Shown in pieces: positions 25,662 to 39,665 of a stretch of DNA of 64,000 nucleotides. Below the pieces are notes generated by a model that was not told where the DNA came from, ran no database searches, and worked only from the letters and a program-made list of their open reading frames with translations. Each line of letters starts with the position of its first letter. Within the stretch, counting starts at the first letter, position 1. The translations under genes and the position numbers were made by a program. Source of the DNA: Octopus vulgaris (lineage: Eukaryota); NCBI GenBank assembly GCA_951406725.2, contig OX597821.1:110360001-110424000 (forward strand). The letters run 5' to 3'.

Positions 25662-26103
25662 GTTGTCAATGCTTAGCAGCATTTCGTCCGTCTTGACGTT
25701 CTGAAAATTCTACGGAGGCCGACTTTGCCATTTATCCTTTTCGGGGGTAATAAAATAAAAAAAAAACTAGTTAAACAATGAGGTCGTAGTAATCGATTTA
25801 CCCGCTTCCCCGAACTTGGTAACCTTGTAACAAAATTTGATACCACTATTATATTTCAAGGAAGTGTATTCCTATCTGTTATTGCTGTGAGAGTTTACAG
25901 TTTTTCTACTCCAACTAAATCATGTTTAATTTATTGGTTTGTTACTATATTTATTATTTGTCTAAATTGGTTGTTTATGCGAATTATTCTCTCTTGCTTA
26001 TGGCTTATATTTTAATGACGAATGTTATTGATTTGGAAAATACATTTGATAATAGAGAAGCCATATGTATGAATGTTTATTGGGTTGTGCATAGGTATGG
26101 ATA

Positions 26104-26158
<55 letters not shown>

Positions 26159-26227
26159 CATATATATAAATATATATATACGTATTTAAATATATATAAA
26201 TATATATATAGATATATACACACAATA

Positions 26228-26259
<32 letters not shown>

Positions 26260-26615
26260 GGTACTATATGTATACATACACACACACATATATATATATA
26301 GGCACTATATGTATACACTCACACACACACATACACACAGACACACACACATATATATATTTATATGTATGCATGCATAAATACACATGTGTATACACAT
26401 ACATACATATTTATACACATACACACACGCACGTTCCTCTGCGAGTGCACATACACATACATACACATATATTCAAAGATACACAGCAACGTATATATTG
26501 TTCTGTATGTGTAAATATGTATACGTTTGTCCTGGAATCTCTCTATACACATATTTGCATGAACTCATTATACTTCCAAATCACATGCAATAAAATGTTG
26601 CTGTTTTGTGTGCAG

Positions 26616-26851
26616 GTGATGGTGGTGTGTTTCTGGAGTTCGCGTCGCATTGACGTAGGCTTGCGAAATGAGACAACTGGGCGCAGCAGCTTGGACGCTA
26701 GCGGCTGGGTACAGCTGGCTGGGCATTCGCATTGCATTGAGGTAGGCCTGCGAAATGAGACCACTAGGCGCAGCTGCTTGGACGCTGGCGGCTGGGCACA
26801 GCTGACTGGACATTCAACCTATCTTGGCGAGAGTTCTCTTTGGCATTGGAG
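26616..26851 (+). other. Candidate host exon containing a 2x87-bp tandem repeat
   Basis: ctgttttgtgtgcag| acceptor and |gtaaac donor bound a GC-rich island that is open in phase 0; no recognisable domain. Confidence 0.35.
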
Positions 26852-27952
26852 GTAAACACGTACAGATACATGCGCACGCCGGCAAGCAGAAATATACAGA
26901 GAAACAGACAGAGAGACAGATTGCTAAACAGACAGGCAGACAGACAAAAAAAGAGATGGGTGAGAGAAGGAGAGAAACATTAAATGAAAGAAGCATTAAA
27001 ACGAGAGAGACAGAAGAAAAAGGAAAACGAAACATTATAACATCTGATGTCAAATAAGACACCACGAAACAAAACATAAAACAAACACACATAAAATAAA
27101 TCTCTGAGAAAGCCAGCTGCTACTGTCTTTTTTCAAAGCAATCTTTTCAACCATTTAGTAATATTGCGCCTTACTTCATTCTTTCACTCTATATGAGGCA
27201 AAGGTTATCGATCACTTTTCTCTACTGTTTTCGACTTTCGGATGTCTTTTCTGCTTCTTTGCAGTTGAATCCTTGTTTTTCACAGCCTCACCTTTGCCTC
27301 CCTTGTGAGATCCATCTCTTCTTCCACTTCATGCATGTTTCCCTGACAGAAGGCCTTCACCTTCCAGTTGTTGCTGGTTTTACATTATCATCCATGTGCC
27401 CGTAATTTTGCTTCTTTTTCTAGGTTGGGGTGCTGGCCCTAAGCAAAACCATATATTTACCTCTGCGAAGAGAGTTGTTATATAAAAGCCTGGCCTCAAT
27501 CCTATCAAATGTCCAGCATGCCAGGCCATATAAGGGGCTTACACTCTGGAGGAATCGTACTCAGGGTCATAGAAATACACAATCATCATACTGCAACAAC
27601 GACTGCATATTTTGTGGAACGTTGCACTTACAAAATATATATATTCTAAGTTTGCTGAAATTTATAGAAAAACAAAAGACGAAGAAAGTTGTATGAACAA
27701 GCGAGTGTATTAGTTTCACGCTCGGAGAAAATGAAAAGGTATTTTACGTTTCGAGCCTACGCTCTTCAAAGTATAATTCAGCGGTCCAACATGGCGAATG
27801 ACTAGAAAAAAAGAACTTGAAAGAAAGGGAGAAAATAGTGTTAGTGATCCAAACAAGAGAAGGTGCGCTTGCACATGTATGCATCTGAGAATGGTGTGTG
27901 TGTGAGTGTGTGTGTATATGTGAATAGAGGCGAGTGACTCTGACGTGTGTGA

Positions 27953-28019
<67 letters not shown>

Positions 28020-28036
28020 TATATATATACAGACAG

Positions 28037-28068
<32 letters not shown>

Positions 28069-28080
28069 TAATATATATGC

Positions 28081-28129
<49 letters not shown>

Positions 28130-28160
28130 CACATATATATATATACATACATATATATAC

Positions 28161-28219
<59 letters not shown>

Positions 28220-28220
28220 C

Positions 28221-28267
<47 letters not shown>

Positions 28268-28641
28268 CATACTTATTTAACTAGTTGCCTCTCTCTCTCA
28301 CGATCTTTGCTTACATATATATGAATAGTTAGTGAAGTTTCTGTCGTTGAGTAATTATTACTTCAGAGGTCCTGCGAGCTAGGAAACATATGTAGCCTGG
28401 ATTTTATCGGCTCCATTCCCTCAGTTTGGATTTTTTTATTTCCACACATAGCAGCCCTACATGCTAACCATGAACTATAAAATAACTTTTTGCAGCTTGT
28501 TGAACTTCGATATGGGAAACATTTACAACCTTCTACGCCAATAAACAACCATTGTTGGTTTTTATATCTTCTACAGACTACTCGAAGCTTACTAACTTAT
28601 TACATCTTGATCTTTAGATTTTACATTTACATACGATTGTA

Positions 28642-28707
<66 letters not shown>

Positions 28708-28830
28708 TACATAATCAGGATAAAGTCATTAATTATCAATCGCCAGTGTACAAAAAGCCATATGGGTTAAATATTAATATTTAAAGTATAATTATAAAGA
28801 TTATGAATTATATTTTTGTAATTATACTCT

Positions 28831-28869
<39 letters not shown>

Positions 28870-28939
28870 ATAAACTGACCACTTGACCATTTGACAACTG
28901 GTATTGATAATGGGACAAACCCACACATGCTCATACACA

Positions 28940-29062
28940 CATACATGTACATACGACGGGCTTCTTTCAGTTTCCGTCTACTAATTCCACTCGCAAGACT
29001 TTGCATGGCCCGAGGCAATAGTGAAAGACACTTGCCCAAGGTGGCACACAGTGGGACTGAAA
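28940..29062 (-). mobile_element. SINE family B fragment
   Basis: acgacgggcttctttcagtttccgtcta...cacttgcccaaggtg...cagtgggactga. Confidence 0.7.
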
Positions 29063-29071
29063 GACAGAAAA

Positions 29072-29133
<62 letters not shown>

Positions 29134-29224
29134 GGAGAGCCAGAGAGATGGAGCCATGCATATATAACTTTGTATGGAGGGGCACTGATGGATTCATAAA
29201 TATAATATTGTCAGTAATATTCGT

Positions 29225-29980
29225 TTCTACCCTAGACACAAAGCTCGAAATTTTGTAGGAGGGAGCCAGTCGATTAGATCGACCCCTGTACACAACTTGT
29301 ACTTAATTTAACCATCTAGAAAGGATGAAAGGCAAGTTCGACCGCGGCGGAAATTGAACACAGAACGTAAAGACAGACGAAATACCTATTTCTTTACTAC
29401 CCACAAAGGGCTAAACACAGAGGGAACAATCAAGGACAGACAAACGGATTAAGTCGATTATATCGACCCCAGTGCGTAACTGGTACTTATTTAATCGACC
29501 CTGAAAGGATGAAAGGCAAAGCCGACCTCGGGGCTAAACACAGAGAGGAGAAACAAGGAGTGACAAACGGATTAAGTCGATTATATCGACCTCAGTGCGT
29601 AACTGGTACTTATTTAATCGACCCTGAAAGGATGAAAGGCAAAGCCAACCTCGGGGTTAAACACAGAGAGGAGAAACAAGGAGTGACAAACGGATTAAGT
29701 CGATTATATCGACCCCAGTGCATAACTGGTACTTATTTAATCGACCCTGAAAGGATGAAAGGCAAAGCCGACCTCGGGGCTAAACATAGAGAGGACAAAC
29801 AAAGAGTGACAAACGGATAAAGTCGATTATATCGACCTCAGTGCGTAACTGGTACTTATTTAATCGACCCTGAAAGGATGAAAGGCAAAGTCGACCTCGA
29901 CGGAATTTGAACTCACAACATAACGGAAGACGAAATACCGCTAAACATTTCGCCCGCCGTGCTAACGTTTCCGCCAGCTC
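29225..29980 (-). mobile_element. Family A SINE with an internal ~123-bp tandem amplification (4 units)
   Basis: ggg(c/t)taaaca(c/t)agag units start at ~29408, 29531, 29654 and 29777. Confidence 0.88.
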
Positions 29981-30476
29981 ACAGTCTTTGAATGTCTCAA
30001 TATTATCTAATTACTGAATGTGGCTGATTTATGTGTTTCACCTTTTTAATATGTCGAAATTTATGCGAATTGGCTGTCTGCATCACAAAGATCTTTCATC
30101 GTTATTTATACAGGCGTGAGTGTATGCATGTATGTACGTATGAATTTGTGTGTGTATGTGTGGGCGTGAATGAATATGTGTGTGTGTGTGTTACAAGATG
30201 GCAACGAAATCTTTTTATAACAATAATGGAAACTGAATGTGCATACATGTATGCATGGACTTATATGCACGTAAGTATGTGTGCGTGTGTACGTGTGTGT
30301 ATGAGTGTGTGTATGAGTGTGTGTGTGTGTGTGAGTGCGTGTGTGCATGCTTTCGTTATCACTAGCTTTTCACTCTTTTTAGCCTTTCACTTGTTCTGTC
30401 CGTAGAAAAGATTATATATGGACATGTGTTTGTGTGTGTATGCTTATGTATACATATATGTGTCTACATACATACA

Positions 30477-30529
<53 letters not shown>

Positions 30530-30549
30530 ATATACATACATACATACAT

Positions 30550-30586
<37 letters not shown>

Positions 30587-30587
<1 letters not shown>

Positions 30588-31110
30588 GAGAAACTGTGCA
30601 GATGTTAGCATAAAGCTGAAGATCAGTGAAAAAGAGAACACCTAAGTTGAACTATTGGGAAATCTGCAGTTACTCTACCCAGATTACAAGTTCAGATTTA
30701 TACCTGTAATTATTGAGGCCCTGGGATATGTAACACACTGCCTAAATACCAACCTTGAGAAATTAGGCTTCTCAAAACCAGAAAGGAGAAAGCTAATTCG
30801 AAGACTACAGATCCAATCCAACAATAGAACTGTAAAAATCTGTAAGACTTTCCAGAAGTTTGTCATTTAAATATATAAGAGCATGTCTAGATATGCAACT
30901 ATGTACCTGAGAATACGTACATAAAACATACAAAATGCATATACATACATACATACATACATACATACATACATACATACATACATACATACATACTAAA
31001 AATAACCTGTTGTTGATGTTGAAATTCCAATGAAGGAGCTTTGAATCTAGGATTGAAACCGGTTCTTTCTCTATTGGCAAGAAACCTTGAAATAAACTGA
31101 ACAATGACAT
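30587..31110 (+). mobile_element. RLE-type (R4/Dong-like) non-LTR 3' fragment
   Basis: ORF 30655-30870 LQLLYPDYKFRFIPVIIEALGYV...KICKTFQKF is homologous to 24577-24790; flanked by TACA/GACA arrays. Confidence 0.72.
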
Positions 31111-31901
31111 ACATACATATACAGTGTATATATAAAATGAATGGAACAAACAGAAAGCGTACACGTGAATGTTGTAAAGAATGTATTGCAAAATTTATAG
31201 ATGTAACATGAAAAGTTAATTCTTCAAATTTCTGCTGACAGTCACAGATGTTCAATGCGGGCGTCCTTTGCCGCACAGCGGACTTTTACGCCGGTGCCAT
31301 CTTAATCTAAATAACTGAGTCGAATGCGTCGCCTATCAGCTGTTCTAACTTTTGTATGTCCTGTTGAAGTGGAGATATGATTACCTTGTTTTGCAAATAC
31401 CCGCAAAAAAAAAAAAACAGAGAAAAGTAAAAGAGTGGCAAAGTGTTAGATCGGAAGTACTTGCGAGGCCAGAACATCAATGGCAGCTAATTCACCTCAG
31501 CACGGCTAATCTAGCTTTCTGGAAAATTCTGGCTGAGGTAACCGCGCATATGTCTATACCAATATGGCGGGTCCCTTTCTTGTTGCGTGATGAAGGCGTC
31601 TCTTCTTCCAACTGGAGCCACAATCACATGGACAGCATTGTACCATTCCTTTTGAATTACCCTGTATAAGGAAATCAAGTTGATTGGTACTTCAAGTTTC
31701 GTGCATCGATTCGCGCAACTAATAGACGAATGGTTAGGCGTAACATGAAATCCCGATCGACTTAATTTTCACAATAAATTTGACTCTCTACCTTAGCATA
31801 GAGCAATGACGTCAGACGTTATTCTTAAACGTGTTGTGAATTTATATTATTTGAACATTGTAACGCACATATTTCGATATCGGTAGACAGAGAGATAGAT
31901 A

Positions 31902-32011
<110 letters not shown>

Positions 32012-32235
32012 AAGATAGATAAATTACGTTAAGAGAATGAAATAGAGTAAGAGGGAGACAAACAGACAGAACAGAAAGAACAGATAGATAGAAAAATCGA
32101 TAGATTGATATATGTGTGCGTGTGCGTCTGTGTGTGTGTGTGTGTGAAGTGCGAGTCACATACGTAGATATGTAGGTATAAACATTATTAGATAAATAAA
32201 TAGATAGATAGATAAATAGATAGATAGCTGGATAA

Positions 32236-32308
<73 letters not shown>

Positions 32309-32544
32309 CACACAGACTGACTGACAGAAAGACAGACAGACAAGTAAATTTTATGCTTAAACAATCAATACTTGGTGTTTAAAGAGAACGATTCTATTTC
32401 TGAAAGCTTCGAATATAATTTTGACATCAAGAGCGAAAACTGGTGCAGTCGTATTGTAAATATGTCAGCGAGAAATAAAATACACGGTTCTAAGTAGATT
32501 TATGTGCGTGGGTGTGTGAATGTATGTATGATATGTACGTTTGA

Positions 32545-32640
<96 letters not shown>

Positions 32641-32955
32641 CAAATTAATAAATAAAACATGCATATCTACATACATATATGTACATACCTACATCTATAT
32701 GTATATATATATATATATATATACATTCATATATGGGTACAGGACACCAAAAGAAACGTAGAACACAACGAGAAACGAAAACGTAAAACCAAAACCATGA
32801 AAACGGACATTTTTTCAAACAACGAAAAAACAGAGTACAAGACATACAACACAAGGAATATTCCCCTTCTTCAGCTGCGCCTGCTTCGGCTACTCCGTGT
32901 TTCGAAGGTATATATATATATATATATACATACATACATACATACATACATACAT

Positions 32956-32988
<33 letters not shown>

Positions 32989-33254
32989 TATATATACAGG
33001 GAGAGATTAGTTGAGAAAAGAGACAGACAGAAGGAAAACATGCATACATGCATGCATAGATATACACACCTGTAACTATATATATATATATAAATATAAG
33101 CATAAATATGTATACTTACATATACATACACAATTATATACAAATGCACATATGTATATTTGCATCATACACACACAAACATATATGTATATACACATAT
33201 AGATAGATAGAGAGAGAGATTGATAGACAGACAGATAGATACTAAGTTAGATAA

Positions 33255-33453
<199 letters not shown>

Positions 33454-33625
33454 GGTATAAGCATTTGCGTATGAGTATAAAGATAGATTCGTATGCAAAG
33501 AAATCAAGTGTAGAATTAAACAATTCCATAAAGAAACCTTTGAGGGTATTATTACCAACGACAAGAAGAACCATGGAATTATTTTGAAGACAGGAGTGGA
33601 GAAAAAGAAGAAATACAAACTCAAT

Positions 33626-33660
<35 letters not shown>

Positions 33661-33661
33661 A

Positions 33662-34000
33662 AATGACCCCCTTCGGTCATGAATGACCATGGGATTGCAC
33701 CTAGAAAGTTACCCTCCTAGACACAAGTCCGGGCAAGGTTGTTTTTATGGAAGGCCAGCAGTCGCCCATGCATACCAGCCTCCCCTCTCCACGCCACCAG
33801 TGTTATCCAAGGGAAAGGCAAAGGGGCCGATACAGCTTGGCACCAGTGACGTCGCAACTCATTTCTACAGCTGAGTGAACTGGAGCAACGTGAAATAAAG
33901 TGCCTTGCTCGAGAACACAACACGCAGCCCGGTCCGGGATTCGAGCTCACAACCTCACGATCGTAAGCTCGACGCTCTAACCACTGAGCCATGCGCCTTC

Positions 34001-34001
<1 letters not shown>
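33662..34001 (-). mobile_element. tRNA-derived SINE, family C, in (TA)n
   Basis: Minus strand gaaggcgcatggctcagtggttagagcg...gagctcgaatcccggaccgg (boxes A/B). Confidence 0.8.
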
Positions 34002-34039
<38 letters not shown>

Positions 34040-34431
34040 TCAGAAGCTCAATTCTTTTTCATTTTATCCTTCCGTACTAATGCTTTGGACGGTATAGACT
34101 CCATCGTTAAAAGTTGATACATTAGTACATTTAGCCAAAGAAATAAATAGATAGTGATATACGAATTAATAAATATTGGGGGGTTGGGGAGGGGTTGTCA
34201 TTAGGTTAGTGGGGAGGGTTGATGTGCAAGGGAGAGGAGATAATGATTTTTTTTTTTGTTAATTGGTAAGTAAGGCAAGAAATGATGGAAATAATTATAA
34301 ATAGAATTAGGAGAATCATTCGTTTAATACTTTTTTGTTATATTTTGTAAAGAATAAAAGCGGACGGATATAGACACAAGACAGACGAGCTGACGATACA
34401 CACCAGATATATATATGCATATGTATATACA

Positions 34432-34471
<40 letters not shown>

Positions 34472-34485
34472 TATGTATATATATG

Positions 34486-34580
<95 letters not shown>

Positions 34581-34705
34581 GTATATATATACATACATAT
34601 GTATAGATAGATAGAGATACATATATATGTATGTATGTATATATATATATGTATATATAAATATATATATGTATATGTATGTATACATACATATATATGT
34701 ATATA

Positions 34706-34759
<54 letters not shown>

Positions 34760-35550
34760 TATATACATATACACACATATACATACTTATACACTCACAC
34801 ACACACACATATATATATGCACATACATCTACACATTCAATCATAGATTGGTATTGAATAAATAATGTAATTATTTCGAGAATTAATTGTTTCTATTTAA
34901 ATGATTCAACTTTTTTCTCATGTGTGTGTGTATATGTATTACCGTGTGTGTGTTCGCGCGCGTGTCTTTGCGTGCGTGTAAAATGTGTGTGTGTGTAAAA
35001 ATGTATGTATGTATATACGATAATAGCGAACAGTGAAAATTAGCATTCAATATCGCTTTAATGGATAAATACTTTTGTAATTATGGGTTTTCTATACTTA
35101 CCTTCAGTTTAACGCGTTTGAATTCGCAATTTTCAAGTGCTGCAATAAAAAATCCTGGTAATCCGTTTCCTGTTTGGATTTGGCTACATAAGATTCCACA
35201 AGATTTCGAACCTTATTAAATGCGCCAAGCAAAATATGACGAAGCAAATATTCAGAGACCATAGCAGTTTTATTTCTCTTGCTCTAGTATTAATCTTAAA
35301 AACACTGGCAAAATACCCGTATGCGTTTTCCCGTGCACCCTGCAGCATATAGTATATGTGATCGTGCATTTGTTTGAATGTATGCTGGGAAAATTGCAGT
35401 AGAACCTCGGTTTTCGAATAACTCTGATCAAGAATAAATCGTACCTCATCTCCCGTCTTTCTCATATTCATTTAATACAGAAGTACATCGGTTTACGAAC
35501 GCCTCTGATCACGAACAAATCGCGACTTATACACACACACACACACACAC

Positions 35551-35600
<50 letters not shown>

Positions 35601-35912
35601 AAATTAAAAAAGGAAAATACACACACTTTACATAGTTTTAATATAATTTTTAATATATCGACCGGTTTCGCTTTCGTTATTCATGATATGATGGTTTACA
35701 TATTTGAATATGTATTTTATTAAGAAGAAATTTTTGGCCATGTTGTGTGACGATATTTACGAGTGAATGACTTGACAAGTAGACAAATAAGGGGAAGTAA
35801 TTGGTTATCGTTGTTATTGTTAGTGTTGTGAGCAAGGGAGATAACTGTTCAGCCTTCGGGAAGGGGAGAGGAATATATGTAAAGACAAAAAAAAAAAAAG
35901 GTTTCGAAAAAC

Positions 35913-36488
35913 TTGTACGTATAATCTAGTAAAAATTCAATTTATCTTCTCATCTCAACCATGTACATTTTTTATCAAAATAACCTCGCAGCGAAAGCAA
36001 TTTGATCAGGAACAAAAAAAATTCTTTCTTTGTATAGAATTAAGAATAAAATCACTTTAATGATTTTATCAAGTGACCGGCGTGAAATAAAAACCTTGTA
36101 GGTAACATTTTATACTAAATTTACTATAAAATATACACAATTGAGCGAAAGGTCTTATTTATTTTTACATCTGCTAATAGAGTAGTGAGGTGGATTTTAG
36201 AGCCATTTGGCATCTATTTCTAGCGTGGAGGTGTGGTAAATCCGCACCCTTTAATATAATTATCTATATAATTATTCATTTAGTTTTAAATGTTACCTAC
36301 AAGGTTTTTATTTCACGCTGGTCACGTGATAAAATTATTAAAGCGATTTTATCCTTAATTCTATATAAAGAAACGATTATATTATTACTCCTGATCAAAT
36401 TGCATTCGCTGCGAGGTTATTTTGATAAAAAAATACACGTAGTTGAGATAAGAAAATAATTTGGATTTTTACTAGTATATACGTACAA
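35913..36488. mobile_element. MITE/foldback element with ~205-bp imperfect terminal inverted repeats
   Basis: 35913-36120 is the reverse complement of 36278-36488 (ttgtacgtata.../...tatacgtacaa; tcaaaataacctcgcagcgaa / ttcgctgcgaggttattttga). Confidence 0.8.
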
Positions 36489-37173
36489 ATGTATGTATAT
36501 AGTCGTGCGACTACGATGTTCGTATAGGCATGTATAAATATTTATGTGTATATGCTTTGACATATTGTACTGAAGATAAGAAAGTGTTTTCATAACGTTG
36601 AAATTGAAATCGGTCGATATCCACATGTCACATTTATTTTTTCCCCTGCCCGATTACAACCTGTGCTAATGGAGTAAGGAGGTAGTTTTTATGGCCTTTT
36701 TAAAGGTTACTTTATCAGAAAATAGTTTAAAACACGCCTAGTTATACTGGTGACTAATTGTTTAATGACTGATGCCGGATATTTAGAGCGTCTATTGCTG
36801 TAAGGTGCCCTCACTAGGTTTATGAAGGGATTATATATTTGACTGTACAAAGGTTCATATAAATATCTAGAAAATTGATTTCTTTAAGGTTAGTTTTGTG
36901 ATTCTCAAACAAAGATGAGTAAATAACTTGAATGAATTTTCTTATATAGAAATATATTTATTTTTAGTTCTCTCTAAAGGAGACTACGGCAGCGGTGCTG
37001 GATATTAATAGTTATCGCCAAGCTATCATGGCAGTCCAGAAAAATAGGACGAATGCTGCCGTTGATTAGCGCCAAGAAGCCATCGCCTCTAGCTAGCTAT
37101 GTGACACACAAACCTGTGTCCATTATAACCTTCGAACAGGGGAGGTCAACAGCTTTTGCTTGCTGGTCTGGCA

Positions 37174-37216
37174 TCCACAGACTAGTTTCGAGATGTTTGC
37201 CTCTTATCAATGTGGA
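37174..37216 (-). ncRNA. Minimal type I hammerhead motif, U3-A8 variant
   Basis: Minus strand tccaca-TTGATAA-gag(gcaaacat)ctc-GAAA-ctag-tc-tgtgga; palindromic ACUAGU and a GUC cleavage site. Confidence 0.65.
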
Positions 37217-37465
37217 GTAGCCGAACCCAGCAGGCGTCGCTGCTGACCGACTGTTCGAAGGATTATTTACCCAAATTCAGTGAATAAATCCACTGGTTTT
37301 CAAAAATAGAAATATCATTATTTCTAATTCTCTCTAAAGGAACTAGTCTGTGGATGCGATGTTAGCTTTGCGATAACTAAGATCTTTCTTATGTTACCCA
37401 TTCTCTAGCCGTTCTTATAACACACCACTCCTAGACCGTCGTCGCCATACGACCATACGTTAGCT

Positions 37466-37666
37466 TTATTTTATTTCAAGTTCATGCATAATATAAAAGT
37501 GGATTAAGTCCGCTATTTCTCCCTCATCATGGCTGCCCATTGCGGTATCAAAGAGTTCACTGCCATTCGATTTGTGTTTGCTGAACTCAAGTTCTTGTAG
37601 AAGTAGAGTTTTGGTTATCGTGGGATAAAACACAATAATATCAAATTGGATTATTGACTTTATCAT
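37466..37666 (-). pseudogene. Internally deleted RT fragment of a second Penelope-like family
   Basis: IQFDIIVFYPTITKTLL (RT motif A) and LFDTAMGSHDEGEIADL (motif B, MGSxDGAE type). Confidence 0.65.
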
Positions 37667-38007
37667 GATTAATTAATTGGCTTACATCATTCAGTAATGG
37701 TGGTGTTGAAATTCTCATATCCCACGTGAACAAATCAAAAATAGATTTAATAATTATTGTTATGAGTTTATATCATAATATAAATCCATTCTTTTAACAA
37801 TTATGAGTGCTGCTTCTTCTGATTCATCGATTTTAGGACAACTCCCCCTCTCTCAATCTCACTCGCTCTTTCTCACTCACACTGTCACTCTCACTCACAC
37901 TATTTCTCTCTCTTTCTCCCTCCCCCACTCTCTCTCTTTCTCTCCCTCTCTGTCTTTCTCTTTCTGTGTGTATATGTCTGCGTGGAAGTAAGTATGTATA
38001 TTTTAGT

Positions 38008-38195
38008 TTTTATCTTTTACTTGTTTCAGTATTTGGACCGCGGCCATGCTGGGGCACCACCTTGAAGAATAGCATGCTACTTATTCTATCGGTCTCTTTA
38101 GCCGAACAGCAAAGTAACGTTGACGTAGACACACTAACACCGGTTATCAAGCGGTGGAAGGAGACAAACACAGGCACAAAAATACACACACTCAC

Positions 38196-38260
<65 letters not shown>

Positions 38261-38430
38261 CTTGACGAGTTTCTTTCAGTTTCCAGTTTCCTCTACCAAA
38301 AGCCCTCATAAGGCTTTCATCGGCCCGGGGCTACAGTAGAACGCACTTATTCAAATTGCCACGCAGTGGGATGGAACTCAGAACCATGTGGTTAGGAAGC
38401 AAATGTTTAACCATACACTCACACCTGCTC
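38008..38430 (-). mobile_element. SINE family B
   Basis: ttttacttgtttcagt tail end through cacgcagtggga...aaccatgtggttaggaagc head. Confidence 0.8.
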
Positions 38431-39087
38431 TTATGTATGTACGCATATCATTACGAATACCGTATAGTGTGGCTGCCAAAACAGAAAGAAGCTCAAAGTT
38501 TAAGGAGACCTAGTTAGTTTTAAATCCTCCATTTAAGCTATATTTTACTTTGCAAATGAAAGGATGAGAATCACAGTCTCATTCCACCTTCTCTATAAAC
38601 CGAAACTTAATGCCTACTCAAAGGAAATTAATAATTTTCACATAAAGAATCCAATAATTTCTCGAAAAGGCTGAGGTTTTTATATAATCTTTGATGTGTT
38701 TCACGCCATTTTGTTTTATTGCTAATTTTATCGGCCGTTAAAAATAATGGCGATTTCAGTTTAGTTTCTCTTTCCGTTGCTGAGTTTGCAGCTTAATCTC
38801 TTTTTGATAGTTATAAAATCAAGGCATTTCCATAGTTATCCTCTCTAGTTTAGGACTATTTCAGTCCTGCATTTTCTGTTACCACAGCCGCATGATAATC
38901 AAACTGCGAAGAAGGAGATTCCTTGATAAGTGGCTTGCAAAATCGCTAGAATCTCGCATAAAAACAATTCTTGTTATTTAGGGCATGTCTAGTTCGCATT
39001 CAAAGGTTAATTCTCGCACGGGTTGTCTTTCGTTATTCTTTCGGCCGATATATAAGAATCGTAAGATAAATATATGAATTTTTTTAT

Positions 39088-39310
39088 CTTTTATCTCTTA
39101 CATGTTTCAGTCAGTAGAGTGCGGCCATGCTGGGACACAGCCTTGAAGAACATTTTATTGAATGAATCGACCGCAGCCACCTTTTTTCGACCTGATATTT
39201 ATTCTATTGGTCTCTTTCGTCAACCTGCTAAATTAAGGAGTCGTAAACACACCAACACCGGTTGTAAAAAAACGGAGGTGGAGGACGAACATAGAGCATA
39301 GGCACAAACG
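39088..39310 (-). mobile_element. SINE family B, 3' part
   Basis: tgtttcagtca...gcggccatgctgg...taaacacaccaacaccggttgt. Confidence 0.65.
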
Positions 39311-39328
39311 CTCACACATAGATATATG

Positions 39329-39397
<69 letters not shown>

Positions 39398-39405
<8 letters not shown>

Positions 39406-39665
39406 ATCACGTGACCATGTGACCGAATAGGCTATCAGATGTTGATACACCTCTCTTGTCACAATGCGCATTTGCATTGTTTTAGCTCTCAAAGGACGCA
39501 ACCCTGCTGGCTAGGCATGCAGGCCAACATTCCTGATCAAAAGATGGAAGCGGAGCAACATGAAGTGTTTTGCTGAAGAACATAACGCGCCGTCTATTTA
39601 GGGAATCGAACCCACGACTTAGCGGTCGTGAGTGCATTAGACTAACCACTGGACAATGCGCCTTC
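39398..39665 (-). mobile_element. SINE family C
   Basis: gggaatcgaaccc...ctaaccactgg...gcgccttc head; tcacgtgatcacgtga end as at 13624. Confidence 0.7.

Noticed and set aside
29400-29900. Regular repeats resembling a CRISPR array
   Set aside because: No unique spacers; the units are SINE-internal sequence in eukaryotic DNA with no cas genes.
31440-31668. Possible Tc1/mariner TIR (minus strand tacagggtaattcaaaaggaatgg)
   Set aside because: No partner TIR or transposase remnant found.
32860-32910. Permuted (type II) hammerhead-like motif on the minus strand (cgaaac...gta...ctgaagaagg)
   Set aside because: Stem I does not abut the core; too degenerate to call.
33900-34001. tRNA genes at SINE heads (also 49114, 55905)
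   Set aside because: Boxes A/B are present but there is no complete cloverleaf, and each continues into a SINE body.
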